64,000 bases of DNA from Verrucomicrobiota bacterium (lineage in GTDB: Bacteria; Verrucomicrobiota; Verrucomicrobiia; Verrucomicrobiales; Akkermansiaceae), in contig JAZKIL010000014.1 of NCBI GenBank assembly GCA_040384845.1, positions 40,227 to 104,226 on the forward strand, given 5' to 3'. This document shows positions 35,723-45,952 of the stretch, piece by piece. Within the stretch, counting starts at the first letter, position 1. Every line of letters begins with the position of its first letter. A program made the translations under genes and the position numbers. The notes beneath the pieces were generated by a model. That model was not told the origin of the DNA. It worked only from the letters and a program-made list of their open reading frames with translations, and searched no databases.

Positions 35723-36892
35723 TTAACTCTTCGCAGTTTTATTGAGCCAACCAGCCGCCAGCTTCTCAACCCGCTTCAGAATCTCATCCGGATCCTCACC
35801 CAAGAGCGTCGCATGTCCCATTTTGCGCATACCAGGGGCGCGGCGTTTTCCGTAGAGGTGAAGGACGGCGCCATCAGTTTCTAACAATGGCGTCCAATCC
35901 GGAGGTGTGGTTTCGTCCTGCCAGAAATCGGCTAACAGGTTTAGCATGACGCAGGGCGAGACGAGTCGGGTCGAACCGAGAGGAAGTTGGAGGGCGACAC
36001 GAAGTTGTTGTTCGAACTGCGAGGTGGCGCAGGCATCTAGCGTGTGGTGACCGGAGTTGTGGGGGCGCGGGGCCATTTCGTTGACGACCAAGGAGCCATT
36101 GTGATTCACGAAAAACTCGACGCCGATGATGCCATGATAATCAAGAGCTACGGCGACTTTTTCCGCCAGCGCACGGGCCTGTTTGGATGTCACTTCGGAA
36201 ATCCGTGCGGGGACGATGGAAACATCGAGCACGTGATTCCGGTGGCGATTTTCCGCAGGATCGTAAGTCCGCACTTCGCCAGCCGCTGAGCGCACGACCA
36301 TCACGGAAATCTCTTTTTCAAAGGGAACCCAGGCTTCAAGGATCGCACGTTCTTCTCCGAAATTTTCCCAGACGCTTGCTGGATCTTCGTTGCCTTGGAT
36401 TTTCAACTGGCCTTTACCATCATATCCAAAGGCTGCGGTTTTCAAGACGCCCGGGCCATTGAGCTCGGCCATGGCAGATTGCAGATCTGTTAGGGTTTCG
36501 ATCACTCGAAACCACGTGCAGGGAATGCCGTGTTGCTTGAGGAAATTTTTCTCGCGCTCGCGGTTCTGGCAAATCCCCACCGCTTCCGGTGATGGAAAAA
36601 TGGCGATACGCTTTCTAACACCTTCGAGAGTGGCTAGAGGAATGTTTTCAAACTCCACGGTCGCAACCGTCGCTTGTTTGCAAAACTGCTCCAGTGCTTC
36701 TGCAGAATCGAAGGGAAGATCGATAATTTCATCCGCGACCTCAACCGCCGGAGCCTCAAGCCCACCGGTCCAGACGACGGAACGCACGCCCATCCGCCGC
36801 GCCGCGAGCGCAAGCATGCGCCCGAGCTGACCTCCGCCGATCACGCCGACGACCTGTTGCTTGTCCAAAGGGAAAAAAACCGAAGCTGACAT
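35723..36892 (-). CDS. purK: N5-carboxyaminoimidazole ribonucleotide synthase
   Basis: GGGQLGRM, EFEN, GYDGKGQ, NEMAPRPHNSGH, LHLYGK, RKMGH. Confidence 0.97.
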   Translation of the reverse strand: MSASVFFPLDKQQVVGVIGGGQLGRMLALAARRMGVRSVVWTGGLEAPAVEVADEIIDLPFDSAEALEQFCKQATVATVEFENIPLATLEGVRKRIAIFPSPEAVGICQNREREKNFLKQHGIPCTWFRVIETLTDLQSAMAELNGPGVLKTAAFGYDGKGQLKIQGNEDPASVWENFGEERAILEAWVPFEKEISVMVVRSAAGEVRTYDPAENRHRNHVLDVSIVPARISEVTSKQARALAEKVAVALDYHGIIGVEFFVNHNGSLVVNEMAPRPHNSGHHTLDACATSQFEQQLRVALQLPLGSTRLVSPCVMLNLLADFWQDETTPPDWTPLLETDGAVLHLYGKRRAPGMRKMGHATLLGEDPDEILKRVEKLAAGWLNKTAKS

Positions 36893-36904
36893 GGTAACAA
36901 AAAA

Positions 36905-37390
36905 TCAATCCAACTCAGGCAACACCGCCTCGGAAACTTTCGCGGTTTGTTTGCGACGAAACTCCGTTAGCTTCGCGGCCAACTCCGTATTATCGACCGC
37001 CAACATCGCCACGGCGAACAGCCCAGCATTGGTCGCGCCTGCGTGGCCGATGGCAAACGTCGCGGTCGGGATTCCCGCCGGCATCTGCACGATGGAGAGC
37101 AAGGAATCCACGCCTTTGAGAGTTTTTGATTCCACTGGAACGCCAAGCACGGGGAGTTCGGTCATCGCCGCAACCATGCCGGGCAAATGCGCCGCGCCAC
37201 CAGCGCCCGCAATGATGCATTTCAAACCTTTGCCTTTCGCCTGCTTCGCATACTCGACCAAACGATCGGGCGTCCGGTGTGCGCTCACGACCTCCGCGTG
37301 AAACTCCACGCCGAAATCTTTCAGCACCCGCGCCGCATGCTCCATCGTCGGCCAATCCGACGTGCTTCCCATGATGATGCCAACACTCAT
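36905..37390 (-). CDS. purE: N5-CAIR mutase
   Basis: [36 protein letters not shown]. Start at MSVGII. Confidence 0.97.
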   Translation of the reverse strand: MSVGIIMGSTSDWPTMEHAARVLKDFGVEFHAEVVSAHRTPDRLVEYAKQAKGKGLKCIIAGAGGAAHLPGMVAAMTELPVLGVPVESKTLKGVDSLLSIVQMPAGIPTATFAIGHAGATNAGLFAVAMLAVDNTELAAKLTEFRRKQTAKVSEAVLPELD

Positions 37391-37460
37391 AAGCGGCGAG
37401 ATTGCCCGCACCGCCCGCTCACGTCAACATCTGTGATGCATGGAGTTTTTGAGAAAAAAC

Positions 37461-37862
37461 CTAAATCCCTTGGTTCCGCTCATTGACTTGGCGGTTCAGC
37501 GTGCAGAAATCGTAAAGCCAACCGATCCCGAACACACCACCCGTCACTAACCAAAGCAAACCGGTGAGAATTTTTCCTAAGTAAAATCGATGAATCCCGA
37601 GCAAACCTAAAAAGGTGAGGAGAATCCACGCCACCGAATAATCAAAGTTCCCGGTGGTGTAGCGATGATCCGCACGACGATCCATCCCGGGAATCAGAAA
37701 TAAATCGATCAACCAACCAACCCCAAGCAGACCCAAGGTAAAAAACCAGATCGCCCCGGTGATCGGCTTTCCGTAATAAAATCGATGTGCCCCGGTGAAA
37801 CCGAAAATCCACAAAAGATACCCTATCGTTTTACTATGTGTGTCGCCGCGCAGTTCATTCAT
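37461..37862 (-). CDS. Double TM2-domain membrane protein
   Basis: Two repeats: GFTGAHRFYYGK and GLLGIHRFYLGK. Confidence 0.88.
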   Translation of the reverse strand: MNELRGDTHSKTIGYLLWIFGFTGAHRFYYGKPITGAIWFFTLGLLGVGWLIDLFLIPGMDRRADHRYTTGNFDYSVAWILLTFLGLLGIHRFYLGKILTGLLWLVTGGVFGIGWLYDFCTLNRQVNERNQGI

Positions 37863-37974
37863 TTCAGGAAGTCTGCTTCATATCTTCCTGCTGTCATGAA
37901 AAAAGAAAATGCCCAACACATTTCGAGTTGGGCAAGAAGTGATCCCTAACTGGGAGCAGGAAAATCCGTTGGGG

Positions 37975-38481
37975 CTACTTTCTAGCGTGTTTTTTGTCCG
38001 AGCACTCGCACGCAGGCTCACCGGCTGCGGGCACGACCTCATGAATGGTGATCGTTCCACCAGCTGGGCATTTCAGCGCGGCAGCACCGCCAAGTTTCAG
38101 CTTGATAGCTTCAACATCGAGTGCGGCTCCCGGCTCGAGAGCTTTTTCAGCTTGGTATTCACTTACTGCCTCATCGATTTTGATCTGCAACATCATGCAC
38201 TTAGCGACATCCGAGCCCATTTTCCATGCGGTTCCTCCGACTGCAACCATCGCGATGACGGAAACAATGGTGACCAAAAGGCCAATGTAACCCAAAATCA
38301 TCCCGGCAAGAGCCAAGCCAGATCCCGTCAGCTGACCGGAAGATTTTTTAATGCCAGACATCGCCATGTGGCCAAAAACAACGGCGAGTGGGGAAATGCA
38401 TGTTAGGCCTGTGATCAAACTGGCAATTGCCAAGCCGGATGTTTTAGGAGCGGAGGTATAAGGTGATTCGGTGGTTTGCAT
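37975..38481 (-). CDS. DUF4190 membrane protein with Cys-containing C-terminal domain
   Basis: SGLAIASL, GHMA...IKKS.G.LTG.GLALAG.ILGY; tail CPAGG...C.CS..H. Confidence 0.8.
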   Translation of the reverse strand: MQTTESPYTSAPKTSGLAIASLITGLTCISPLAVVFGHMAMSGIKKSSGQLTGSGLALAGMILGYIGLLVTIVSVIAMVAVGGTAWKMGSDVAKCMMLQIKIDEAVSEYQAEKALEPGAALDVEAIKLKLGGAAALKCPAGGTITIHEVVPAAGEPACECSDKKHARK

Positions 38482-38648
38482 AATTTGACTCGTGCAGGCT
38501 GGTGTGAATTTTTCGAAAGTTCAAGAGGCATTTCGTGACCCTATTTTGGATATCCTAACAAACTCATTCACCCTCAAGCGGCTTATAAATCAATCCCCCT
38601 CATGGCTTGGCTCGCAAACTGCTAAAGTTAGGCGATCACGTAAAACCC

Positions 38649-40079
38649 ATGCTAAACGGATACCAGCCAGACGCTTTTTTCGATGAAATGTTTCAATCGG
38701 ACGGCAAGGTCCGGCAACATTGTGCGCCACTCTTCGACCGCATCGCGGCACTGGATCAGAACGATTTCGAGGCGCGCAAGGCGACCTGTGAGCTGTATTT
38801 CCTAACCCAAGGCGTCACCTTCAATGTCTACCACGACTCGCGAGGCAGCGAACGCATTTTCCCCTTCGATCCCGTGCCCCGGGTCATTCCTGCGGATGAA
38901 TGGGAACATCTCGAGTCCGGCCTGATCCAGCGGATCACTGCACTCAATCTTTTTCTTCACGATATTTATCACGATCAACAAATTCTCAAAGACGGCATCA
39001 TCCCTCGCTCGTTCATCGAGGGGGCTAGGCATTATCGCCCCGAGTTCCGTGGCATCGATGTTCCTGGCGATATCTACATTCACATTTGCGGCAGCGATCT
39101 CATCCGCGACGACAAAGGCGAATGGCTGGTGCTCGAAGACAACGGCCGCTGCCCTTCCGGCGCATCATACTTGTTAGAAAATCGCAAGGCGCTGAAACGG
39201 GTTTTCCCGGATTTGTTCGATACTTCGTCAGTGCGCTCGGTCGATTCCTATCCGCTCGATGTGTTGGAAATGCTGCGCCACATCGCGCCGCGAAAATCCG
39301 GCAACCCCGTCTGCGTGTTGCTCACTCCCGGCTGTCACAACAGCGCTTATTTCGAGCATTGTTATCTCGCGCGCGAAATGGGGATCGAGATTGTTGAGGG
39401 TCGGGATCTGGTCGTGCGCGACAATGTGGTCTACATGCGCACGACTCGCGGCTTGGAGCGCGTCGACGTCATTTACCGTCGCATCGATGACGATTTCATC
39501 GATCCCGTGGTGTTCCGGAAAGATTCCGTGCTCGGCGTCCCTGGCATCATGAATGCCTACCGCGAAGGAAATGTCGCGCTCGCGAATGCGGTTGGAACCG
39601 GAGTGGCGGATGACAAGGCGATCTACGCTTTCGTTCCCGACATCATCCGCTACTACCTCGCGCAGGAGCCGATTTTACAAAACGTCCCCACCTATCTCGC
39701 CGCGAAGGATGACGATTTGCGTTACATTCTCGATCACTTGCCGGAGCTCGTCGTGAAAGCCACCAATGAATCCGGCGGATACGGCATGCTCATGGGGCCT
39801 GCGGCCAGCAAATCGGAAATCGCTGAATTCCGCAAACTCATCATCGCGGATCCCACGAACTACATCGCCCAACCCGTGGTTTCACTCTCCCGCTGCCCGA
39901 CGTGGTGCGATGAAACCATGGAAGGCCGCCACGTTGATCTCAGGCCCTACATCATTTATGGAGAAACCCCACGCATCGTTCCCGGTGGACTCACCCGTGT
40001 TGCTTTGAAAAAAGGCTCACTGGTCGTGAACTCGTCCCAAGGCGGCGGCAGCAAAGACACCTGGGTCCTCCGCCACTAA
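38649..40079 (+). CDS. Circularly permuted type 2 ATP-grasp protein
   Basis: [86 protein letters not shown]. Start at MLNGY. Confidence 0.93.
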   Translation: MLNGYQPDAFFDEMFQSDGKVRQHCAPLFDRIAALDQNDFEARKATCELYFLTQGVTFNVYHDSRGSERIFPFDPVPRVIPADEWEHLESGLIQRITALNLFLHDIYHDQQILKDGIIPRSFIEGARHYRPEFRGIDVPGDIYIHICGSDLIRDDKGEWLVLEDNGRCPSGASYLLENRKALKRVFPDLFDTSSVRSVDSYPLDVLEMLRHIAPRKSGNPVCVLLTPGCHNSAYFEHCYLAREMGIEIVEGRDLVVRDNVVYMRTTRGLERVDVIYRRIDDDFIDPVVFRKDSVLGVPGIMNAYREGNVALANAVGTGVADDKAIYAFVPDIIRYYLAQEPILQNVPTYLAAKDDDLRYILDHLPELVVKATNESGGYGMLMGPAASKSEIAEFRKLIIADPTNYIAQPVVSLSRCPTWCDETMEGRHVDLRPYIIYGETPRIVPGGLTRVALKKGSLVVNSSQGGGSKDTWVLRH

Positions 40080-40105
40080 GAAAACCCATCACTTTTTAAA
40101 GAACC

Positions 40106-41143
40106 ATGCTCTCTCGTGTCGCCAACACTCTTTACTGGATGGCCCGCTATGTCGAACGTGCGGATAACCTCGCGCGTCTTATCGATGTGAATCGCCACCT
40201 TCTGTTAGACAACGAAACGCTTGGCAGCGATCGCATCGCGGATTTCTGGAGACCCATCATTCTCTGCACCGGAGATGAGGAACAATACCACACGCTTTAC
40301 CCGGAAACATACGGCGAAGACGTGATCCGATTTCTAACAGATGACCCGAGGAACGTGAGCAGCATCGCTTCCTGCATCGCCCAAGCACGCGAAAGCGCAC
40401 GCACGGTTCGCGATCAGCTTTCCGATGAAATGTGGGAGGAAATCAACGCCCTGCATCTTTTCGTGCGCTCGGACGAAGCCGCCAATCTCCTGCATGAAGC
40501 ACCGCCGCGCTACTATGAACGCATTCGCCGCTCGGTCGCCACTTTCCTCGGGATTTCCGCCACCACACATCCCCGTGATGAAGGCTGGGAGTTTATGGAA
40601 CTCGGGCGTCACCTCGAACGCGCGGATAAAACCACGCGTTTCCTTGATACGACTTCTTACCTACCCGAAGTCAGCCAAGGAAGCGGCAGCGCACCTGGCA
40701 TGATGCATTGGAATGCGATCTTGGGTTCCTGCGGTGCGCTCGGCGCTTTTCGTGCCGGTCATCATCGCTTCGATGCCGAAGGCGCACTTGGTTTTCTGGT
40801 TTTTTCCAGAAACTTTCCTCGCTCGGTTCGTTACTGCATGGATCGGGTCGACGAATGCATCCACCAAATTTCCGGAAGTCCACGCGGTGGTTTCCTCAAC
40901 GAAGCCGAACGCGAAAGCGGCATGCTTCTCGCCGATCTCAGCTACGGCACCGCCGAAGAAGCGATGACGCTTGGCTTGCATCCTTACCTCGATGGATTGC
41001 AGGAACGCTTCAACCGCATCGGTGAACTTGTTTTCGAGACATTTGTCCTCATGCCAGAAATGTTCGAATCGCAACGCAGCATGCAACAGCGGGGGCACGA
41101 TGCCGTCACCGCATGGCAGGAACAACAACAGCAACAACAATGA
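40106..41143 (+). CDS. Alpha-E domain protein (DUF403) with poly-Gln C-terminus
   Basis: MLSRVANTLYWMARYVERA, ARESAR.VR...S.EMWE, GRHLERADKT (ER motifs), FPRS. Confidence 0.93.
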   Translation: MLSRVANTLYWMARYVERADNLARLIDVNRHLLLDNETLGSDRIADFWRPIILCTGDEEQYHTLYPETYGEDVIRFLTDDPRNVSSIASCIAQARESARTVRDQLSDEMWEEINALHLFVRSDEAANLLHEAPPRYYERIRRSVATFLGISATTHPRDEGWEFMELGRHLERADKTTRFLDTTSYLPEVSQGSGSAPGMMHWNAILGSCGALGAFRAGHHRFDAEGALGFLVFSRNFPRSVRYCMDRVDECIHQISGSPRGGFLNEAERESGMLLADLSYGTAEEAMTLGLHPYLDGLQERFNRIGELVFETFVLMPEMFESQRSMQQRGHDAVTAWQEQQQQQQ

Positions 41144-41222
41144 AGTTGTTGTTGGTGATTCGTTATGGGTTATTCGTTATCTGTAATCCGTCTGCCAGAT
41201 TGATCATCATCCTTGTCATCGC

Positions 41223-42065
41223 ATGAAGCTCTCCGTTGTTCACCGCACCATCTTCCGTTACGGGGGGCCTGTCACTGACAGCGTGAACGAGCTGCATCTC
41301 GAACCACGTACGTTTCCGTTTCAAAAAACGCTTTCGTCGTTGATCCGTGTGTTACCGGCCACTCGCTTGAGTAAATTCCAAGACCTTTTTCAAAACACCA
41401 CGCATCATTTCGAAATTCAGAGAAGCCATCAACATCTCGAAATCGAAAGCCGGATTCGCGTCCACAACCTCCCGCTGGAAATTCCAGACGAGGCCCGCGC
41501 CGCAACCAAAGAAATTTACCGCACGCCCGCTGTGCAGGATCGCAGTTGGCCTTATCTCAACGAAAGCGCGCGCGTGATATTCCGCCCGGAAATTTGGCGC
41601 CAAGCTCTCGATCTCACCTTTGCTCAACCTGCTTATTTCGACAAAGCGACTGAGATCATGAATTGGATCCACTCCGAGTTCCGCTACGAACCCGGCAGCA
41701 CCGATGTCACGACTCATCTCGATCAATGTTTCACCGAGAGACGTGGAGTTTGCCAAGATTTCACTCACGTCATGTTAGGACTTTGCCGCGCCGCTGATAT
41801 TCCCGCGCGTTACGCTTCCGGCTATCTTTACAACGGCCCGCGCGATCATCTTATCGGTGCCCAGGCCTCCCACGCATGGGCAGAGGTATTTCTCCCCGTC
41901 GTCGGCTGGATCGGCTTCGATCCCACCAACAACACCCTCGCCGATGCTCGCTACGTCAAAATCGCCGTCGGCCGCGATTACGAAGACGTTGCCCCCATCC
42001 GTGGCACCTACCGCGGATCCGCCCACTGTCAGATGGACGTCGATGTGTTGGTGGAGGCGATTTGA
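41223..42065 (+). CDS. Transglutaminase-like protein (bacterial N-terminal domain plus core)
   Basis: H.T.FRY, GVCQDFTH, ARYASGY, SHAW.EV, GFDPTN, GRDY.DV.P (Cys-His-Asp triad). Confidence 0.93.
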   Translation: MKLSVVHRTIFRYGGPVTDSVNELHLEPRTFPFQKTLSSLIRVLPATRLSKFQDLFQNTTHHFEIQRSHQHLEIESRIRVHNLPLEIPDEARAATKEIYRTPAVQDRSWPYLNESARVIFRPEIWRQALDLTFAQPAYFDKATEIMNWIHSEFRYEPGSTDVTTHLDQCFTERRGVCQDFTHVMLGLCRAADIPARYASGYLYNGPRDHLIGAQASHAWAEVFLPVVGWIGFDPTNNTLADARYVKIAVGRDYEDVAPIRGTYRGSAHCQMDVDVLVEAI

Positions 42066-42225
42066 ACGCAGCGGAGATGGAAGGATTGATATTCCACCAA
42101 CATTTCCTCAAATTTTATCAGCTGTACCAATTTTCACCAACCCTACCCGTACTAGGCAGCAGGATGCAGCCGCTCCTTGGTTAAAAAGACTTGCGCCGGG
42201 ACGATTGCCACCCTACCTCAAGCCC

Positions 42226-42663
42226 ATGGCTAACGAAACCACGCTGATTCTTTTCAAACCCGACGCTGTCACCAAAAACCTTGCTGGCGAGGTGCTTGCC
42301 CGTTTTGCGAAAGAAGGTTTCGTGGTCCGCGGGATCAAAATGATGACCCTCAGTGACGAAATCCTCGCTGAACACTACGCCCACATCGCTGCCATGCCGT
42401 TTTTCCCATCCGTGCGTGGTTTCATGCAGGAAACCCCGGTCATCGCTCTTGCGCTTGAAGGAGATAACGTCATCTCCCGCGTCCGTGATCTCCTTGGCCC
42501 GACCGATTCGACCACCGCTGCCGCAGGCACGATCCGTGGCGACTTTGGCGACAAATCCGGCGACTCGAAAATGCGCAACGTCTGCCACGCTTCCGATTCA
42601 CCGGAAGCCGCCGCCGCAGAAATCAAACGCTTCTTCAAAGAAGGCGAGATTTTCTCTTACTAG
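42226..42663 (+). CDS. ndk: Nucleoside diphosphate kinase
   Basis: TLILFKPD, HY..., GTIRGDFG, N..HASDS. Start at MANETT. Confidence 0.96.
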   Translation: MANETTLILFKPDAVTKNLAGEVLARFAKEGFVVRGIKMMTLSDEILAEHYAHIAAMPFFPSVRGFMQETPVIALALEGDNVISRVRDLLGPTDSTTAAAGTIRGDFGDKSGDSKMRNVCHASDSPEAAAAEIKRFFKEGEIFSY

Positions 42664-42704
42664 GTCTTCGAGAGATTTTTGCGAAGCCATAGAGATTCAC
42701 GTCC

Positions 42705-43451
42705 ATGAGCTTCAGCCTGCTGCTTCACGAAATTGAGCATCCGCCAACAAGGCAGATGTTAGAGGAATTATCCTTAAAAGTCCCAGGCATCGCGAAAGCG
42801 GACTGCGCGGGATTTTTAGAACATTGGTGTGGGATTGTCGCCTCAAATCTTGAGCTCCAGGATGCCCAAGCATTTCAAGCCGCACTGCGCGGCGCGGGTT
42901 ATGAAACCGACATTGTGTTAGATCGAGACGTCCCCGCACTGCATTCGGACTACCGCTGCCAACGGATCGCGCTCACGGATCAATGGATCCTGCTCAGCGA
43001 TGCAATGGGAAGAAGTAGGAACAAACCCCGGAATGAATTGGTATTCGCTGCGGCGGGAGTCGTGGAGAAACAGAAACTAATGACCAAGTTTAAGCTTGAG
43101 ATCGAGACACGAGAGATGGGGCGAAGCCGTTACGATGCTCTCGCTGAGAAGCGATACAAACAGGAAGTCGACAAAATCTTTTTCCGTATCGATCTATTCT
43201 TTAGCACTGAGCCACATCGGATTTCGTTAGAGATTGATCACGAAAGCGTCTTGTTTTACGCAACTCGGCCGATTCGATTGAAGGATACCTTGAATCTAAA
43301 AATCCTGATGACCGATCTTCATGCCTTGTTACCGCCGGATCGGACAAACACCAGCGTACGTGAGCGATCGATGGATCACACTTATTCCAGCATGAATGCT
43401 TACGAAGAGGAAATCCGCTGGGCGTTTTATCGCCTCGGGGCGAAAGCTTAA
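42705..43451 (+). CDS. Hypothetical protein, 248 aa
   Basis: Long ORF co-oriented after ndk; no motif recognised. Confidence 0.75.
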   Translation: MSFSLLLHEIEHPPTRQMLEELSLKVPGIAKADCAGFLEHWCGIVASNLELQDAQAFQAALRGAGYETDIVLDRDVPALHSDYRCQRIALTDQWILLSDAMGRSRNKPRNELVFAAAGVVEKQKLMTKFKLEIETREMGRSRYDALAEKRYKQEVDKIFFRIDLFFSTEPHRISLEIDHESVLFYATRPIRLKDTLNLKILMTDLHALLPPDRTNTSVRERSMDHTYSSMNAYEEEIRWAFYRLGAKA

Positions 43452-43456
43452 GTCTG

Positions 43457-44323
43457 TTAGGCGCGCATTTTCGAGTAAGCGCGCAAGTAGCCCACGCACT
43501 GTGCGATTTCCGGCAAGTTACTGTCCCAGTTGTGTTCATACTCGATCGAAACGTTGCCTTTGAAACCATGTTTGCGGACTTCATCGAGGATCGCGACGTT
43601 ATCGATGATGCCGGTGCCGAATGGGCGGTCGTGCGTCCATTTTTCGATCGATTCACGATCTTTCATGTGGAACGAAACCACCCGTGGCGCGACTTTTTTG
43701 ATCACATCCAAAGGATTGAGCCCGCTGGTGGCCCAGTGGCCGATATCGGCGCAAATGCCAACGTTTGCGTGACGATCTTTGACTGCACTGAAAACGAAAT
43801 CCGGATCCCAGAGCTTGTAGTTCGGTTTCTTGGGATGGTTGTGGAAACCGACTTTGATATCGTACTCGGCAGCGAGTTTCTCGATGAGATCGATGGATTC
43901 GATGCTCTCGGTGTTGATGCTGTAGAGTCCGAGCTTTTTGCCTAAGTCAAACACGGCACGAGCTCCCGCTTCGTTGTTTGGGATCCCAATCACGCCCATG
44001 CTTTGAGCGACGATGTTGTTTGCTTTGAGATGTTCGATGACCGCTTGGATCTTGTCTTCCGGCATGCCCGGACCGAAATTCACCTTATCGTGAGCGCCGC
44101 CTAAAGCCTGGCCGGAAAACACTTCCACTCCACCGACACCGGCAGCTGCGGCCATTTCGATCGCCTGAAACAAACTGAATTTTTTGAGCGACCAGCATTG
44201 CACCGTGATTCCGAAACCTGCCGCTGTCACCGCCGCTTGCGGAATAGGCGCGCCTTTTGAACGGAGAGCCAACAAAACAGATGCGGCAGGAATCATGGTA
44301 AACAGGGAACGACGTTTCATCAT
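43457..44323 (-). CDS. Sugar phosphate isomerase/epimerase (AP endonuclease 2 TIM barrel) with Tat-like leader
   Basis: MKRRSLF leader, HNHP, DIGHW, FHMKD, SIEYE. Start at MMKRR. Confidence 0.88.
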   Translation of the reverse strand: MMKRRSLFTMIPAASVLLALRSKGAPIPQAAVTAAGFGITVQCWSLKKFSLFQAIEMAAAAGVGGVEVFSGQALGGAHDKVNFGPGMPEDKIQAVIEHLKANNIVAQSMGVIGIPNNEAGARAVFDLGKKLGLYSINTESIESIDLIEKLAAEYDIKVGFHNHPKKPNYKLWDPDFVFSAVKDRHANVGICADIGHWATSGLNPLDVIKKVAPRVVSFHMKDRESIEKWTHDRPFGTGIIDNVAILDEVRKHGFKGNVSIEYEHNWDSNLPEIAQCVGYLRAYSKMRA

Positions 44324-44444
44324 GGATGAATAACTACCAGAGCAGCACTGGGGATCAACTACTGATTGCGGGAAAGTTAAACTCGAATATATCTGTGTTG
44401 AGATTCCGTAAAATGACAGCAAGCTCAGCCGACTTCCGAACCTC

Positions 44445-45200
44445 ATGATTTCATTCAGACAGCATCCATTTCCAGTGGTCGCACATTTTGACCGGGTGGT
44501 TGCGGTGTCGTTCGCTTTTCCGGCGGAAGTCTTGAAAAGCATGGTTCCGGTGGGATTGGAATTGGATACGTATGAAGGTCTTGGATTTGTGACTGTGGCC
44601 ATGGTATGGACTCGCGGACTCAAGCCCGCAGGTTTTCCGGCTTTTCTTGGACAGGATTTCTTTCTCGCGGGTTATCGCATCTTTACGCGGTTGGAGGATG
44701 AGAATGGCCGGCGTTTGCGAGGGTTGAAAATCATTCGTAGCGAGACGGATAAACGACGGATGGTTCAGTCAGGGAATTTGATTACCGGTTACAACTATCG
44801 ATGGGTGCGGGTGCAGATCGAAGCTGAAGCTGCCGGCACACGGGTTATTTCCACGCTGGCTGATGGTGAAGTAACGTTGGATCTATGTTTCAACGATAGC
44901 CATCCTGACGCATCTTTACCTGAGGGCACGCCGTTTCCGGATTGGAGGACTGCCAGACAATTTGCGGGGCCGATGCCTTTCACTTTCAGCCCGCGAGCGG
45001 ACGGTTCATTTATCGTGGTGGAGGGAAGCAGAGAAACGTGGAAGCCAAGACCCGTAGAAGTGAAAAGTTGGAAAGTCGGTTTGTTCAATGAAACACCGTT
45101 ACGCGATGCGCATCCGATTCTAGCCAATGCCTTTGTCGTCGAGAATGTGGACTATCGCTGGGAACGCGGACGCATCGTGTATCCGGGAGGGAAATCATGA
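44445..45200 (+). CDS. DUF2071 (YqjF-like) protein
   Basis: VP.GLELDTYEGLGFVTVAMV.TR.L.P, YRIF, RGL.I..SETD. Confidence 0.85.
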   Translation: MISFRQHPFPVVAHFDRVVAVSFAFPAEVLKSMVPVGLELDTYEGLGFVTVAMVWTRGLKPAGFPAFLGQDFFLAGYRIFTRLEDENGRRLRGLKIIRSETDKRRMVQSGNLITGYNYRWVRVQIEAEAAGTRVISTLADGEVTLDLCFNDSHPDASLPEGTPFPDWRTARQFAGPMPFTFSPRADGSFIVVEGSRETWKPRPVEVKSWKVGLFNETPLRDAHPILANAFVVENVDYRWERGRIVYPGGKS

Positions 45201-45952
45201 AACATAGGACGCCGTGGCAAGGAATGGTAACGATCGCGCGGTTCAACTGGCCGTTCTATCTTTTGGCGGCAGTGATCATGGTTTCAGCGATCATTGCGCT
45301 TTTTGTATTTCGTGAAACGTGGCTAATGATAGCTGCGACTTTGATTCTGTTAGGCTCATCCTATTTCATTTTCATTTCGCTTGGGGTGTCGCATTGGGTT
45401 TACGATCGATCCGATCTCTACCGTTGGAAGTGGCTTGCGGAAGCATTGGAAGGGACGGAGCGGGCTCGAATGATTTTCTGTCACTCGGGCTTTGATGATG
45501 GATCGGATTTATTGAAGTTGGAAACCCCTGAAACGGAGTGGTGCGTGTTGGATCACTACGATCCGACTTCGATGACCGAGGCATCGATTCAACGGGCCCG
45601 CAGATGGGCTCCACCTGCGGCGGGAACGCTTGCTGTGCCGCATGACCGTTGGGAGGTCGACGACGATTGGGCGGATGTGGTGTTTGGTTTTCTTGCGATT
45701 CATGAATTCCGCAGCGTCGAAGAAAGGGCTGCGTGGTTCGGTGAGGCAAAGCGTTGTTTACGTGCTCACGGTAAAATCGTCCTCGTGGAGCATCAGCGGG
45801 ATCTTGCGAATTTCTTAGCTTTCGGGCCCGGATTTCTTCATTTCCACAGCGCAAGAGCCTGGCAGGAAAGCTGGGAGCGAGCGGAACTTCGTGAGGTGAA
45901 AAGTTTTCCGATCACGCCTTGGATACGGGTGGTAGTTCTTGAAAAATCATGA
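45197..45952 (+). CDS. Class I SAM-dependent methyltransferase with N-terminal TM helices
   Basis: HSGFDD, FLAIHE.R, GKIVLVEH.RD..NFLAFGPGF.HF; ATGA coupling. Confidence 0.8.
   Translation: MKHRTPWQGMVTIARFNWPFYLLAAVIMVSAIIALFVFRETWLMIAATLILLGSSYFIFISLGVSHWVYDRSDLYRWKWLAEALEGTERARMIFCHSGFDDGSDLLKLETPETEWCVLDHYDPTSMTEASIQRARRWAPPAAGTLAVPHDRWEVDDDWADVVFGFLAIHEFRSVEERAAWFGEAKRCLRAHGKIVLVEHQRDLANFLAFGPGFLHFHSARAWQESWERAELREVKSFPITPWIRVVVLEKS

Noticed and set aside
44407-44414. CGTAAAAT upstream of DUF2071 as a third copy of the 15-bp motif
   Set aside because: Only 8 nt match and the distance to the ATG differs (38 versus 49 nt).
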